A stretch of DNA of 63,831 bases, counting the filler, from Aduncisulcus paluster (taxonomy: Eukaryota), in assembly GCA_024181965.1 (NCBI GenBank). It is 6 parts of 6 records of this genome, joined end to end, with 100 filler letters (N's around TTAATTAATTAA, not from the genome) between each part and the next. Parts side by side here need not be neighbours in the genome. Positions count along the whole stretch, not along the records: positions 1 to 26,505 come from BQXS01012317.1; 5 more parts are not named here. One strand, 5' to 3'. A program made the position numbers and the translations under genes. Positions 12,417-24,300 of this stretch are shown here, piece by piece. How positions within the stretch are numbered: position 1 is the first letter of the stretch; the number at the start of each line of letters is the position of its first letter. Below the pieces are notes generated by a model that was given only the letters and a program-made list of their open reading frames with translations, did no database searches and was not told the DNA's origin.

Positions 12417-14249
12417 ATGGTCAAGGAATACACTACGAAAAAAATACTGCTATTATATGCATTGTATGGGTTTATTTCTTCATTCAAACCTTCTGAACCG
12501 TATTTAAATCCATTTCTTGAAAATTATAAACATATTAGCAAACATGATCTCGATAATATTATTTATCCCGCTTGGACTTACGCTTACACGGGTTTTCTTA
12601 TTCTTTGTGGAATCGCCACTTTTTTTGTTGGAACTAAGCCTGTTTTATGGGCTGGACAGATTGGAAGGGTTATCACCCGATCATTATTGTTATTTACGTC
12701 AACAGTTTTCTCCATGGTCATCATGCAAATTGCATATGCCCTTGCCTCGGCTGCTGAAGTTGTTTATTTTGGAGCCATTTACTCTGTTTGCATCGATCCC
12801 GAATATTTTCATGCGGCTACAACTGCTACTCGTTCTTCTCATGCAATTGGACACTTTGCTGCTGCTGGAGTTGGACAATTGTTTGTTTCTCTTATCCCCG
12901 ATTTTGATCTTACAATTTTGTTCTGGATATCATTCTTTTCCGAACTTATTGCATGGATTCCACTAGTATTATTACCCACTGAGCGTGATATTGATCCCCA
13001 ATATTCACAATCGTCAGAAGATGAATCCAAGTTTGACCCGTCTCTCATCTCTCCTTCTTCTGATTTCTCTGATCCTGCTTCTGACGACATTGATGGCGCA
13101 AAGGATACGCTTGGGGATACTGATTTGGGGAGAGGAGAAATCATGATAGATGATAGTTTATTGAAGAGTAGTAATCCACACAGTGCCGATCCTGAGGATG
13201 GAATTGATGATTATTTGCAAGTTACTCAAGAACAAACCTCAGAAGTTGATGGATCTTTTCATCCAAATTCTGGTTCAAAACATGAAGAATCCAAATCTTC
13301 TATTTTCCCTTCATCTTTGTCATCTCTTCTTGCTTCGTGCTCAGATGTGTGGTCCTCTTTTACTCCTTTATCTTGGTCTGTTTCGTGGTTATGGGTCTAT
13401 GCTTTCCATCAACTTGTCTTAAATTACTACTTTAATGTGTTAGGTGCAACCCCAGATGATACGGAAGGTCAGATAAATGGATATGTTAGCTTATGTGCAA
13501 AATTGGGGAGTGCATTCGGAGCAGCTGTTCCAAATATCATAGATTCATGCCTCAAAAAGAGAGTCGAGGCCAAGATAAAACATTCAGAAGTGGGAAAAGA
13601 AGCTGAAGAACAAACCAACGATGAGAAACTTGGTCTATTATCGGTGATATCGTCCTCTTCCTCCTCTTCATTGTCATCTGAATATATGAATAATAACACA
13701 AATACTGAGGACATGGGATTGATTGACAGATCATCTGGCAATAATTATTCCAATGATGAAGACACATGTAAATGTTGCTGTGGATCAAGTTCGTCAATTT
13801 CTTTCTTTGATAGTATTCAACTCTTTTCGATCATTCTCTTTATCATCATGTCCCTATTCATCCTGATGGTGGGTGTGTTGTGTATTGTGATGGGAATGAC
13901 GACTTCCACTGCTATATGTGTGGCTGCTTACATTATCTATTATACCCTTGCTGAAGGAATTATCGCGCTGATCTCTGCTCGTCTTGCAATTAACAGTGAG
14001 AAGGTAGCTCATTCTAGAGGACATTCAGTCCCGTTGTTCTCCTCTGTATGGAGTGTTAACACAATTGCAAGTGCTCTATTTGAGAGTTTCGTTCAACTTA
14101 TCCTCAACCTTGCACCTCCTGTTTTATTTGGAAGGATAGATAGTGAAGCTAATATGGTTGTGTTTGGAATTGGGTTTTCCCTTCTCTCTGTTTGTGTTGT
14201 CGCCGTATCAATATTTGTGAAAATTAAGCGATCTCACAAGATCAATTGA
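12417..14249 (+). CDS. SLC19 / reduced folate carrier-thiamine transporter family MFS protein
   Basis: N-terminal LYGFISSFKPSEPYLNPFL and IYPAWTYAY motifs match the SLC19 family. Multiple hydrophobic segments with two long acidic/Ser-rich loops. A possible extra 5' exon (ATG 12287, intron 12290-12398) keeps the frame. Confidence 0.85.
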   Translation: MVKEYTTKKILLLYALYGFISSFKPSEPYLNPFLENYKHISKHDLDNIIYPAWTYAYTGFLILCGIATFFVGTKPVLWAGQIGRVITRSLLLFTSTVFSMVIMQIAYALASAAEVVYFGAIYSVCIDPEYFHAATTATRSSHAIGHFAAAGVGQLFVSLIPDFDLTILFWISFFSELIAWIPLVLLPTERDIDPQYSQSSEDESKFDPSLISPSSDFSDPASDDIDGAKDTLGDTDLGRGEIMIDDSLLKSSNPHSADPEDGIDDYLQVTQEQTSEVDGSFHPNSGSKHEESKSSIFPSSLSSLLASCSDVWSSFTPLSWSVSWLWVYAFHQLVLNYYFNVLGATPDDTEGQINGYVSLCAKLGSAFGAAVPNIIDSCLKKRVEAKIKHSEVGKEAEEQTNDEKLGLLSVISSSSSSSLSSEYMNNNTNTEDMGLIDRSSGNNYSNDEDTCKCCCGSSSSISFFDSIQLFSIILFIIMSLFILMVGVLCIVMGMTTSTAICVAAYIIYYTLAEGIIALISARLAINSEKVAHSRGHSVPLFSSVWSVNTIASALFESFVQLILNLAPPVLFGRIDSEANMVVFGIGFSLLSVCVVAVSIFVKIKRSHKIN

Positions 14250-14386
14250 AAATGGATTTAAATTTAAAATACGAAATATTATTTTTTTAAAAAAAACAAT
14301 TTAAAAAACAGTTATAACTGGATCGCAATAATAATTATAGTTGAGTGTCATCTTTTTCTGATTTTTGTTTTCTCCAAATTTTTGGA

Positions 14387-16168
14387 TCATTCTTCAAGAC
14401 CTACCATGACCCTCAATAATTGTTCCATATGATCCCCAAAGTTTCTTCCAACGAAATTCTCATCATAACACTCCAGGCTGTCAGTGTATGTGTCATAATC
14501 CTCTGATTTCACATAATATCCACACCAATCCCTGTTGAATGCTGATACGACAAAATGAGAGATTGAATTGGTCGAATCGCTCAACTCATTTGTTCCACTG
14601 GAATAAAATTCATTGAGAACTTCATTTGGAATGTGTAAGCTCACTTCCCCGGGAATGCCAATAAACATAAGATCACCAATTCGAACGGCAGTGATATATT
14701 GAGACCTTGGGAGAAATGATGATATCAATGGTGGTGGTGCCATGATATCCTTTCCTCGAATGAACCGATACTCACCCCAAACCGGAAGCTTGATTTCTTC
14801 TGAAGTCCACCCTATCTGAGCAGAAGAGGTCCAATCTGAACAATATTTGAGGTCAATTGGAGAAGGAGAGGTTGAGATAGGAGTATTGTAAGAGGATAAA
14901 CCACATTTCGATGCTATTGTGCTGCTGGACATTGTGCTAGTTTCCATGAAAGAGAAAGAGAGTGGATCATTTCCCAAAGCAAGATCATTTGTGTTATCTG
15001 GATCATATCCACACATATTTGCAACCATTATCCTAGCGAGTGTGGCGGCACCACATTTGGTCATCTCAACAACACAAGAGTCTTCATGGAAACTACACCC
15101 GAGATATTTGTCTCTCTTTCGAACAGATGCGACAGCTCCAACGGCAAAAGATGAAACGAAGGAGCTCGATGGAGTAATAGAGTGGGTGTTTAGGTAAACT
15201 TGGGCAAATTCAGCGGCCAAATAACCCCCCGTAGAAGGAGAATAGAAATCATAGGTATATATGGTTGGATGAGTGCTTACAAAGGTCATAATGCCTTCCA
15301 TTTCATGTGATGATGAATTTCTTATCAACACAGTACTGATAGGAATCATGATATCTGTTCCTCCACGAAGACGATCCTCAAATTGACCATTGCTACCCGA
15401 TAATGAAATAGACTCAGATCGAACATCCACTTGGACTTGATTTTCATATTTTCGTGTATATGCTATAGCACTTCCCATTTTCTCAATCATATAATCCTGC
15501 ATTTCTTTGTCTTTCCATCCCAAGAGCAGGTTTTGCATGAAATTATAATATAACCCAGAAATGGTCGAATGGGAGTGAGATACAGTAAATAATATTGAAT
15601 CAATGTCAGCATTAGCCTGAGTGGCAACCTTTTGGGACAAATTTTCTTCCCAAATAAGGAGATCACCAAAAAGTATTGAAAAACATGAAGAAGACATAGA
15701 GTTTGAACAAAAAGTATGTACGCTCATTTTAATAGGAAAATCGTCCTTATATAATCCTGAAGCAGTATTGAATGGACCAAATAAGGCATAATGTTCCTCA
15801 GACACATCGATCTCGAATTCAGCAGAAGAATAAAAAATATTGTTTGTAGATATAGAAACTAAATCATCATATATGGATTTAGCCGCGAAAAAATTATTTT
15901 GGACATATCGTTTGTCATAAGAAAGAACTTGGTAATATGATGGCCATGGAACGAGAAAAACAATAAAAAATAGAAAAACGATGGGTAAGATAAACCAACA
16001 ACAGGTTTTAAAACAAGTACTGCGACGAAGACAGCATCCACAGCAACAGGATGCACCAGGCCCACAACTTTTACAACAACACATCTTTGGCAATATCACA
16101 ATGGGATCTGAAGTCTCGTCCTCAATTTCACTTTCATTTACAACATTTTTTAATTCATTTAATTTCAT
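14387..16168 (-). CDS. Neutral/alkaline non-lysosomal ceramidase-like metalloamidase, type II membrane anchored
   Basis: SHSHS, THPT, RIGDLMFIGIPGEV and WCGYYVKSEDY motifs occur in the order typical of the ceramidase N-terminal domain. A Cys-rich segment and one TM helix lie at the N-terminus. First ATG at 16168. Confidence 0.6.
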   Translation of the reverse strand: MKLNELKNVVNESEIEDETSDPIVILPKMCCCKSCGPGASCCCGCCLRRSTCFKTCCWFILPIVFLFFIVFLVPWPSYYQVLSYDKRYVQNNFFAAKSIYDDLVSISTNNIFYSSAEFEIDVSEEHYALFGPFNTASGLYKDDFPIKMSVHTFCSNSMSSSCFSILFGDLLIWEENLSQKVATQANADIDSILFTVSHSHSTISGLYYNFMQNLLLGWKDKEMQDYMIEKMGSAIAYTRKYENQVQVDVRSESISLSGSNGQFEDRLRGGTDIMIPISTVLIRNSSSHEMEGIMTFVSTHPTIYTYDFYSPSTGGYLAAEFAQVYLNTHSITPSSSFVSSFAVGAVASVRKRDKYLGCSFHEDSCVVEMTKCGAATLARIMVANMCGYDPDNTNDLALGNDPLSFSFMETSTMSSSTIASKCGLSSYNTPISTSPSPIDLKYCSDWTSSAQIGWTSEEIKLPVWGEYRFIRGKDIMAPPPLISSFLPRSQYITAVRIGDLMFIGIPGEVSLHIPNEVLNEFYSSGTNELSDSTNSISHFVVSAFNRDWCGYYVKSEDYDTYTDSLECYDENFVGRNFGDHMEQLLRVMVGLEE

Positions 16169-16293
16169 GTTACGAAGAAATAACAAATTCTGAATAGATC
16201 GTCCGGGACAGATATTATTTTAAATTTTAATTGAAAAATTAGTATTAAATTGGGATAAACAAAAAGAATATATTTTATTTATGGCCAAACAAA

Positions 16294-16992
16294 TCAAACC
16301 TTTCTTTTCCTCAGCTCTTTTTTAACATCGACTCCAGGAACCATACCTTCGTGAAGCATTCCACGGTAAAAATCTTTAAATAAAGAACCTACTTGCTTTG
16401 TTGTTCTTAAAGCTTTTGAAACATCTTCAGTGAGAACAAATTCTTCGTTCGTAACATCCATACCTCTGGCTCGGTCAACTTTAGTAAGATAATCGAGATC
16501 AGGATGGATCCTATTTCCTTTCAATTCACGCCTTTTCTTCCTTCTAGCGGCTATTTTTTTATCTTTTTCTGCCGACAAAGCCAGAATTTCATCAATTCTA
16601 TCAATATCAGCAGCAATCGATTTTTTATGCAATTGTTTCTTTTTCTTTTCAGCATCAAGTTTCTCCTCACGTTGAAGCTCCTTTTCTTTCTCTGTACGTG
16701 GCCTTTCAATGTATTTTTTGTCAGATTCCTGAACAGCAGCAATAGAAGCTAGAGAATTTGACACACCATAAGCACTCCTCTTTCCTCTATCAACAAGCTT
16801 ATCCACAACCTTTTTCGACAATATTATACTTTTTGAAACCTTTTTACGATCATCTTCTAAACTCTTTTTTGGATAAATTTTGTTTATGGACTTTTTCCTT
16901 TTTAATTCCTTACTAAGAGCTTTTCTGATTTGTTTTTGGTGATCCTTATCACTAGGATTAACGGCCAGACCAGATGGAGGGACGACAATCAT
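16294..16992 (-). CDS. NOP53: 60S ribosome biogenesis protein Nop53 (GLTSCR2 family), short form; 5' end uncertain
   Basis: VPPSGLAVNP..DHQ (family GxSYNP..DHQ) and C-terminal FVLTEDVSKALRTTKQVGSLFKDFYRGM (family L.EL.GSLR.LKP.GNLL.DRF); Lys-rich. Confidence 0.75.
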   Translation of the reverse strand: MIVVPPSGLAVNPSDKDHQKQIRKALSKELKRKKSINKIYPKKSLEDDRKKVSKSIILSKKVVDKLVDRGKRSAYGVSNSLASIAAVQESDKKYIERPRTEKEKELQREEKLDAEKKKKQLHKKSIAADIDRIDEILALSAEKDKKIAARRKKRRELKGNRIHPDLDYLTKVDRARGMDVTNEEFVLTEDVSKALRTTKQVGSLFKDFYRGMLHEGMVPGVDVKKELRKRKV

Positions 16993-17384
16993 TTTCCAAC
17001 AAATCTAGCAAGGAAGAAGGATGATTTTTGTTTCTTTTTTCCTTTTCTCCAGGAGAGCTTTGAATGAGAATAATTTTTCTTGAGATTAAACAAAAACTTG
17101 ATGATATATTTTTATTTAGTTGCGATTCTATATTGAGCTAACATAATGGACGATTGGCAGAGGCTTCAAGCCTCTGATCATTCGTATCAAACCAATATTA
17201 AACTGCCGAATAACAAATAAGTCTTATATTTCAATTTATTTTGTTCCTTGAGTTTATATTATTCTTCAACATTCGATCCGTTTAGAATAAGGATGAAAAG
17301 AAAAAAAAAATCAAAAAACGTTTCCCACCAGGTTTTGTTTCGAATCCAACTCGAAAGTGCGCATCTTTTGTATCATTTCATTCT

Positions 17385-19986
17385 ATGTGTATGTTTATAT
17401 TTGATTTCTTATGATTTATTTTGAATTGATATATGTTTTGTGTGATTCATTTACCAACTTGTTCTTTTTTATTAACATCCCTTTTTTACATGATTTTAGC
17501 AATGGATAATGATCCTCTTGCATTTGATTCAACTGGAATTGGTGATCCGAGCCCAATAATGCCTTTTCTTGAACCACCGAAGGAAACTCTGGAATATGGT
17601 TCTCATTCCCAAAGAGCCATTTCAGCACCCCCAAGAATTGATGATACTGCACCATATGAACTTGCATTTACAGCAGGTGCTGCTGATATTCGTTCCCAAC
17701 CTGACTATGATATATTTTATGATTCTTTACCTGCTGAAGTCCGTGAAAATGCCCCTCCTCCATTAGAAACGCTTGTTTTTGATAGGGCGATTCGTGATAG
17801 TCTTGGGCCACCCCATAAGGCTCCATCAGTACCAACTATTCCACCGGAACACTATGGAACTGCTTTTGACTTTCCTAGACCACCTTTGTTCCACATGGAC
17901 TTCCGTGACCCACCTCAATCTTTCCAACATCCCTCTAAAACAATCCAACATGTACCTTCGCAACCTTTCTATCCGTCAGAGGGTTCTCAATATCGTCAGC
18001 ATCCTATGCCCATTCCACATGGGTCAATTCCCCCACCAAGACACCCAGCTTATGCTCATCCACGTGATCCCAGAGACCAAACAATGCTTCCTCCTGCTCA
18101 ATATGATCCCATATACTTCCCGGGCTATTCTAGACCTCCTCCGACGTATATGCCTGGTCCAAGCTATGGTATGCCCCCAATGATGGGTCAACACCCCCAA
18201 ATCCAACATCCTTATGATCACATGGGTTCTGTGATGGATTCAAGGGTTCCTGGTCCTTCCATGATGCACCAGCCTTCTGGTATCCCGCAAATGTCATCTA
18301 ACACCTATTTCCACCAACCTCCTTCAGGCCAGCCCCGTCTTCCAGCTCGGCCAGCAATCTCCCTTGGTGGAGAACAGACTGGATTGTCTGAGGCACCACA
18401 GCTTCCCCCTATTGATTCTACCGTTAAACCAAAGAGACTGGAGATTCGTAGACCTGGACAAAAATCCCCCGCATCCACGTCTCCTAGTGCTCCTATTGCT
18501 CCTATTCATCCTCAAATGCATACTGCAGGCATGGTACCTCAACCTTTTGGACTTGGTGCTTCTGCCCTTGCTGCTGCCCTCCAAATGACCCAGCTCCAGG
18601 CCCAAGTTCCCAAACTCCCAGATCCTAGTGCCCCCAAGTTCATCCCTCCTTCTGCCACCATCCATANNNNNNNNNNNNNNNNNNNNACCAAAGAGACTGG
18701 AGATTCGTAGACCTGGACAAAAATCCCCCGCAGCCACGTCTCCTAGTGCTCCTATTGCTCCTATTCATCCTCAAATGCATACTGCAGGCATGGTACCTCA
18801 ACCTTTTGGACTTGGTGCTTCTGCCCTTGCTGCTGCCCTCCAAATGACCCAGCTCCAGGCCCAAGTTCCCAAACTCCCAGATCCTAGTGCCCCCAAGTTC
18901 ATCCCTCCTTCTGCCACCATCCATAAACCACACCCAGAGATCCATTTCCACCCCCACGCTCCTGGGCATAGACATGATCTCCCCACTGTCGGTGACAATC
19001 TCACTGAGCTCAAAGGATACCTCACTGACTTGGCATGTACTAAAGTTGGTTGCTGTGATCTCCAGAAGATCCTCAAGAAGGAGGATGAGCAGTCTGATGA
19101 GTTAATTGGCATGATATTGGCAGAGAGTCTCGATTCAATGAGTATAATCATGTGTAATCCATTTGGAAACTATTTCTTCCAGTGCCTTGTCAAGATTGCT
19201 TCGGAGGAGAAGAGAACCGAACTCGTTAAGGCTGTCGCCCCTCATTTGGCCAAGCTGAGTTTGAACCAGCATGGTACTCGAAGTGTTCAGGCTCTTCTTG
19301 ATGCAGCTGACACGGACAAGGAGAGGCAGTTCATTCGTTCTGGTCTCAAGGATCACGTTGTTCCCCTGATAAGGGATATCAGTGGAAACCATGTGATAAG
19401 CCGTTGTATTTCATGCTTTTCCCCCGATCAGGCTGAGTTCATCCACAAGGCCGTGTGTGACAACATTGAAGCTGTCGCCAAACACCAACACGGTTGTTGT
19501 GTCCTCCAGAAGTGCATCAGCAAAGGAAATGAGCTGCAACAGAAGCGATTCCTTCAGTCTGTGTGTGCCCATTCCTATGACCTGGTGAATGACCAATTTG
19601 CTAACTACGTGTTCCAGTTTTGTCTTGAGACTGCTCATTCCAAGCCTACAGTGTTCAACGTGGATAGACTTATTGAAGGTCTTGAGGGTAAAGAATGTGA
19701 GCTGTGTGTGCAGAAGTTTAGCAGCAATGTTATTGAAAGTTGTATTAAGTTTGCTAGTAAGAGTATGAAGGAAAGAGTGATGTTGAACATCTTGGAGCAT
19801 CAAGATGCCATCAATGTTATGACAAACAGGTTTGGAAACTATGTTATCAAACGTATTATCAAGGAATCTCACAGTGAACGTGTCAAAGAAGTCCTCAAGA
19901 GAGTGATTAGAGGTAATGAAATGGAGTTGAAGTCATCTCCTTATGGGCGCTATGTCCTCAGTTCATTCAAAGCTAGAATCGGGTGA
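17385..19986 (+). CDS. Pumilio/PUF RNA-binding protein with Pro/Gln-rich N-terminus and 8 PUF repeats
   Basis: Repeats GCCDLQ, GNYFFQ, GTRSVQ, GNHVIS, GCCVLQ, ANYVFQ, SSNVIE, GNYVIK and a terminal SPYGRYVL. The two ORFs in the track become one gene once the gap duplication is collapsed. ATG-T micro-exon at 17385-17388. Confidence 0.92.
17389..17499 (+). other. Spliceosomal intron, 111 nt, after ATG-T
   Basis: GTATGT...TTTTAG. Splicing gives ATG TCA ATG GAT in frame. Confidence 0.75.
18428..18925. repeat. Gap-flanking overlap duplication (239 nt x2 around 20 N), assembly artefact
   Basis: 18428-18666 is repeated at 18687-18925 with one T/G mismatch seen. Confidence 0.9.
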
Positions 19987-21305
19987 ACATTTTTTATATG
20001 TAATAGTAGTAATAATAACGCCGAATATATATATATGTAAATATTATAATATAATATTTTTCTTTGAAACTGGAAGACTATTTCTATTATTTCATTTCAA
20101 TGTAATCTTTTTATTCTTCTCTCTTTCTGGTCGTTTTTCTTTATTTCTTATATTAGAATCTCGTGTTCTTTTTGTCTTGGTTCATATTTTCTCTCCCCCA
20201 ACTCTCACATTTTTTGTGTGATTCCCTTATATTACCCTCCCTTCCCCTTCCTTTCTTCTCTTCTTGTTCTCTTTTGTTTTCTTATTTTCTATTATGATAT
20301 TTAGTTGATTTCCTCCCTGACATTTTATTGTGTGTTTTGTAATGTATATTTATATATAAATTGATCTATCTTCACATCCACTTTGGAGCCCCTCAATATT
20401 ATAATCTAACTGACTTGATGATCCATATGTTGTTTTTACTAGGTTTGTTGTTGACGATGACATTTTGATTGCCACACATGAGTTAAAACAAATTCTTATG
20501 CCTCATAATTTTTTTATTTTTGAAATCTCTCGGTAAAATGTTCGGTAAATACCCCGGCAATTTTAGGTGCTATGACAACGATATATACTATAGAATTCAC
20601 ATTTGATCATATCATTTATTTTAGTTGATTTTTTTTCTCCCTTGGTTTTTATATATCTACGATATAATATACATTCTTGTACTTTTCCTATCTATACTTG
20701 TAAGATTTTGTTCAAACACTATCACCATGTCCATCTCTCTTCCAAAAAACAAAAATAATTATGATATCTCTCCTGCTTTATTATATGTTTTTATTTTTAA
20801 CTCCAAAGAATGCATTTTCGAAACGTTAAATGATATTCTTGTGTGGACTTGCTGTTGGATTACTATAACTATATTGCCCCTTATCTCTCCTTATCCTCTT
20901 ATTATCTGCCTTTTTTCTTGTCCTTTTCCTATCTATTTTATTTTATAAATTGGCATATCAACAATTTATGACATTTTTTTTTGTGTTTTTTTAAGATTTT
21001 GTTCTTCTCTTTCGAGCTCTACTGCTTATCATACATTCAAATATTGAAAATAATAGAATGGTTACGATATAATCTATGCTCATTCAATCAATATTGATGA
21101 CGATTATTCATAATAAAAGCGCTATTGATGTTTACGAAACATAAAAATAGTATTTTTCTTTCTTCTTGTGAAGTAATTGGAAGACAAAAAGACCATGCCT
21201 TTTTGCCATTTTACACATTATTATTTATGATATTAATTGAGTCATCTCATGATAAATCCATAGTAAAATAGTAGGAATTCACTTTCCTTTTTTGCTAGAA
21301 TCAAT

Positions 21306-24300
21306 ATGCAATTTTATATTCCAACAGATGGAAAACCTTTAATAGAAAATACCATTACTTGTTATGACATTAATATATCCCAATTAGGCATTACTAGGCT
21401 ACTGACAGGTCATCGCAATGGAATTGTGGCCTTATGGTTTTATTCAAGTGAATCACACATATTTGTATGTAAAAAAATGTTTATATGATCCGTTTGATAC
21501 TTTTTACTCTAATCTTCTCTTTTTTATTTGAATATTTCCCCATTTGGCACCTTTTTATCGTTTCATCTTAGATTCCACATTCTATTTTTGAATGCGGTGA
21601 CGAATCAGAAGTAATTTCTTTATATTTTTATTCTACATCACACAGATCTTGTTTTTTATCATGTCATCTGTCTGGGAGAATTGAGAGTTGGGATGTGAAT
21701 CGTGGTGTCTTAAACAGCACTGTTGATTCCACTTTTCAACAACCAATTTCCTTTAATGTAGGAATAGTATCCCCTGCAACCCATCATATCTCCACATTAT
21801 CCCTCCATTCACAAAACCCATTTGTCAGTCCTTCTCTGTCTGTGATTACTTGGCCTATTCAGCCCGTTCATACATTTGATGGCAATTTACTTTGTTTTAT
21901 CCAACTTGAAGGCAATGATTTGAAATTAATCAACCCTGAGACTTTGTTCAAACGAACTCTATGTACCTTGAAAGGAATATGCAAAGAAATATCAGTTCTC
22001 ACTGGGTATCTTAAAGAAAAACGGATATCTCTTGGATCAAACACCGATAGTTTGTCTGAATTGTGTCATAATATCTGCATTATGGTTAGAATTGATGGCG
22101 ATGGAGGCATAGATATAGATCAGGATATCATTGATGATTTGGGTATCCATGGAGATGACGATGAAGAAGAACAGCCCCTTGAAGTATCCACAGGTCTCGG
22201 TGAAGGAATGGTTGTCACTATTGAGGGTGAGGAAGAGGAAGAAGAAGCGTTCCCTGCGCCACCTAGCGGGAAATCAATTGAAATCACAATGACGTCGACA
22301 AATATATCATTAATCACTGTTAATATAGCTGATAGACACAAAGATGGGCGAGTCATCATTGGTGGTGTTAATGTTGAGTGTCTATCTTTCACCAAGGATA
22401 TTATCTCAAAATCTTTGAACGAATCGGCACATTCTCCACTCTGTAATGCATCTGAATGCGAAGAATATTTCAAGTATCCTTCCTCAATCCCAAATCACAT
22501 TGAAATTTCACTCATATCCTCAATATCACCCCAAATTAGCATATTATTTTTCTCACTGCCAAAATTATCTTCTCTATTTTTAGGATTTATTCACAGTTGT
22601 GAAAAAGGAATAGGTTTACGAAAGATTATCCCACTTTCCAAAGGTATAAATATGCTTAAGTTTAACTCGATCCTCCCCTTTTCCCCTGCTGTCACTCCAT
22701 CTCCCTCTTCCTCAAGTTCTTCAGTAAGCTCACGCTCTTCCTCAATGTCGTACAGTGGGAGTGAGTCTGGCTCTTTCGATGATCCTCTCATGACCATGTT
22801 CACTCCTTTCTACTTATTTTTATATGTGTGTGAATCACAAAAGCCTATTCTCGATCTTTCATCTTCAATTGGAACTCACGATTCCATGATGTTGCCAACC
22901 TCAATATCACAGAAGAGTAGTGCACTCATTGGTGGCATTGAGACCGATTCAGAGATTTCAGGCGGGATTGAAGATATCTGTTGTCTCGATCCCGGTGTTA
23001 TTGGACGAATATCACGTGTTCGTAATGCCAAAGAGAAAGAACAGAAAGGAGTTGATGGGTCAAAGATGTATGGATTCGAAATACCAATTTCATCATTGAA
23101 ATTCGCATCTGAGGATTTTTCAACCGATTCTGATGATCCTCTTTCTAAATCCAACATAATATCTTCGTTTATTTCACGGTCTGTGAACAAGACCGATATT
23201 TTCTTCAAGAACAAGAAACACAGTGGAAACATCACCGAGTCATTACGACTCACTCACTTTTGGAGTGAAATTGGACAAGATGTTAGAAAACAACATGACT
23301 CTCGCTTCCCTCTCCTCTTCTCTCTCTCTCCTTCCCCGTTGTGCTCTTCTTCACACAATTCTATGTCTTTGTTCTCCAAGAGTAGACGAGATATCTCGTA
23401 TAAAACCCTTAAAATGAACAGTGAATTCTGTGAATGTCTTGTGTTTGAGAAATCAATTTCTCCAAGTANNNNNNNNNNNNNNNNNNNNCGGTCTGTGAAC
23501 AAGACCGATATTTTCTTCAAGAACAAGAAACACAGTGGAAACATCACCGAGTCATTACGACTCACTCACTTTTGGAGTGAAATTGGACAAGATGTTAGAA
23601 AACAACATGACTCTCGCTTCCCTCTCCTCTTCTCTCTCTCTCCTTCCCCGTTGTGCTCTTCTTCACACAATTCTATGTCTTTGTTCTCCAAGAGTAGACG
23701 AGATATCTCGTATAAAACCCTTAAAATGAACAGTGAATTCTGTGAATGTCTTGTGTTTGAGAAATCAATTTCTCCAAGTATTGATCACACTTCTCTCCAA
23801 TCCAATTCACAGAATCGCAACAACGATTCATTTTCTCTTAGTACAATTGTCCACATTGGAGGTATAAAATGTCCGATATGTGTTTGTGCGAATGTTAAAC
23901 GAAAAGCTGTTGAAGTTGTGTCCGAAGAAGAAACTACATTGATTACAAAAGATGGTGCCTCCATTGCTGTTCACAACCATTCTAAGGCCAAAGATCGCCC
24001 TGATCTTTCTCCAAAGAAGAAGAAAAGATATGATCAGCGTGATACCACTTCATTATTAGTTGCTGAAGACGATGAGTTTTCTGATTATGACTACTATGAA
24101 GAGTCCAGTGAAAGTCTCTCCCTTGATTCTTTTGGAAAGCTGATGCGGAAAAAGAAATGTAAAACTCCCTTGCAGAAACATCTTGTATCTGATTCCATCT
24201 ATATTGATGTATTTCCATTTCTCCAAATGTCATCTCTAACAGAGTTCATGCCCGATTGTTACTTCTCATATCCTACCCCTATTCACGTGAAAACACATAT

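Noticed and set aside
19987..21305. Hydrophobic ORFs 19943-20221 and 20625-20948, and a 43-codon basic minus-strand ORF
   Set aside because: AT-rich intergenic or UTR composition, no motifs, and no recognisable RNA gene.
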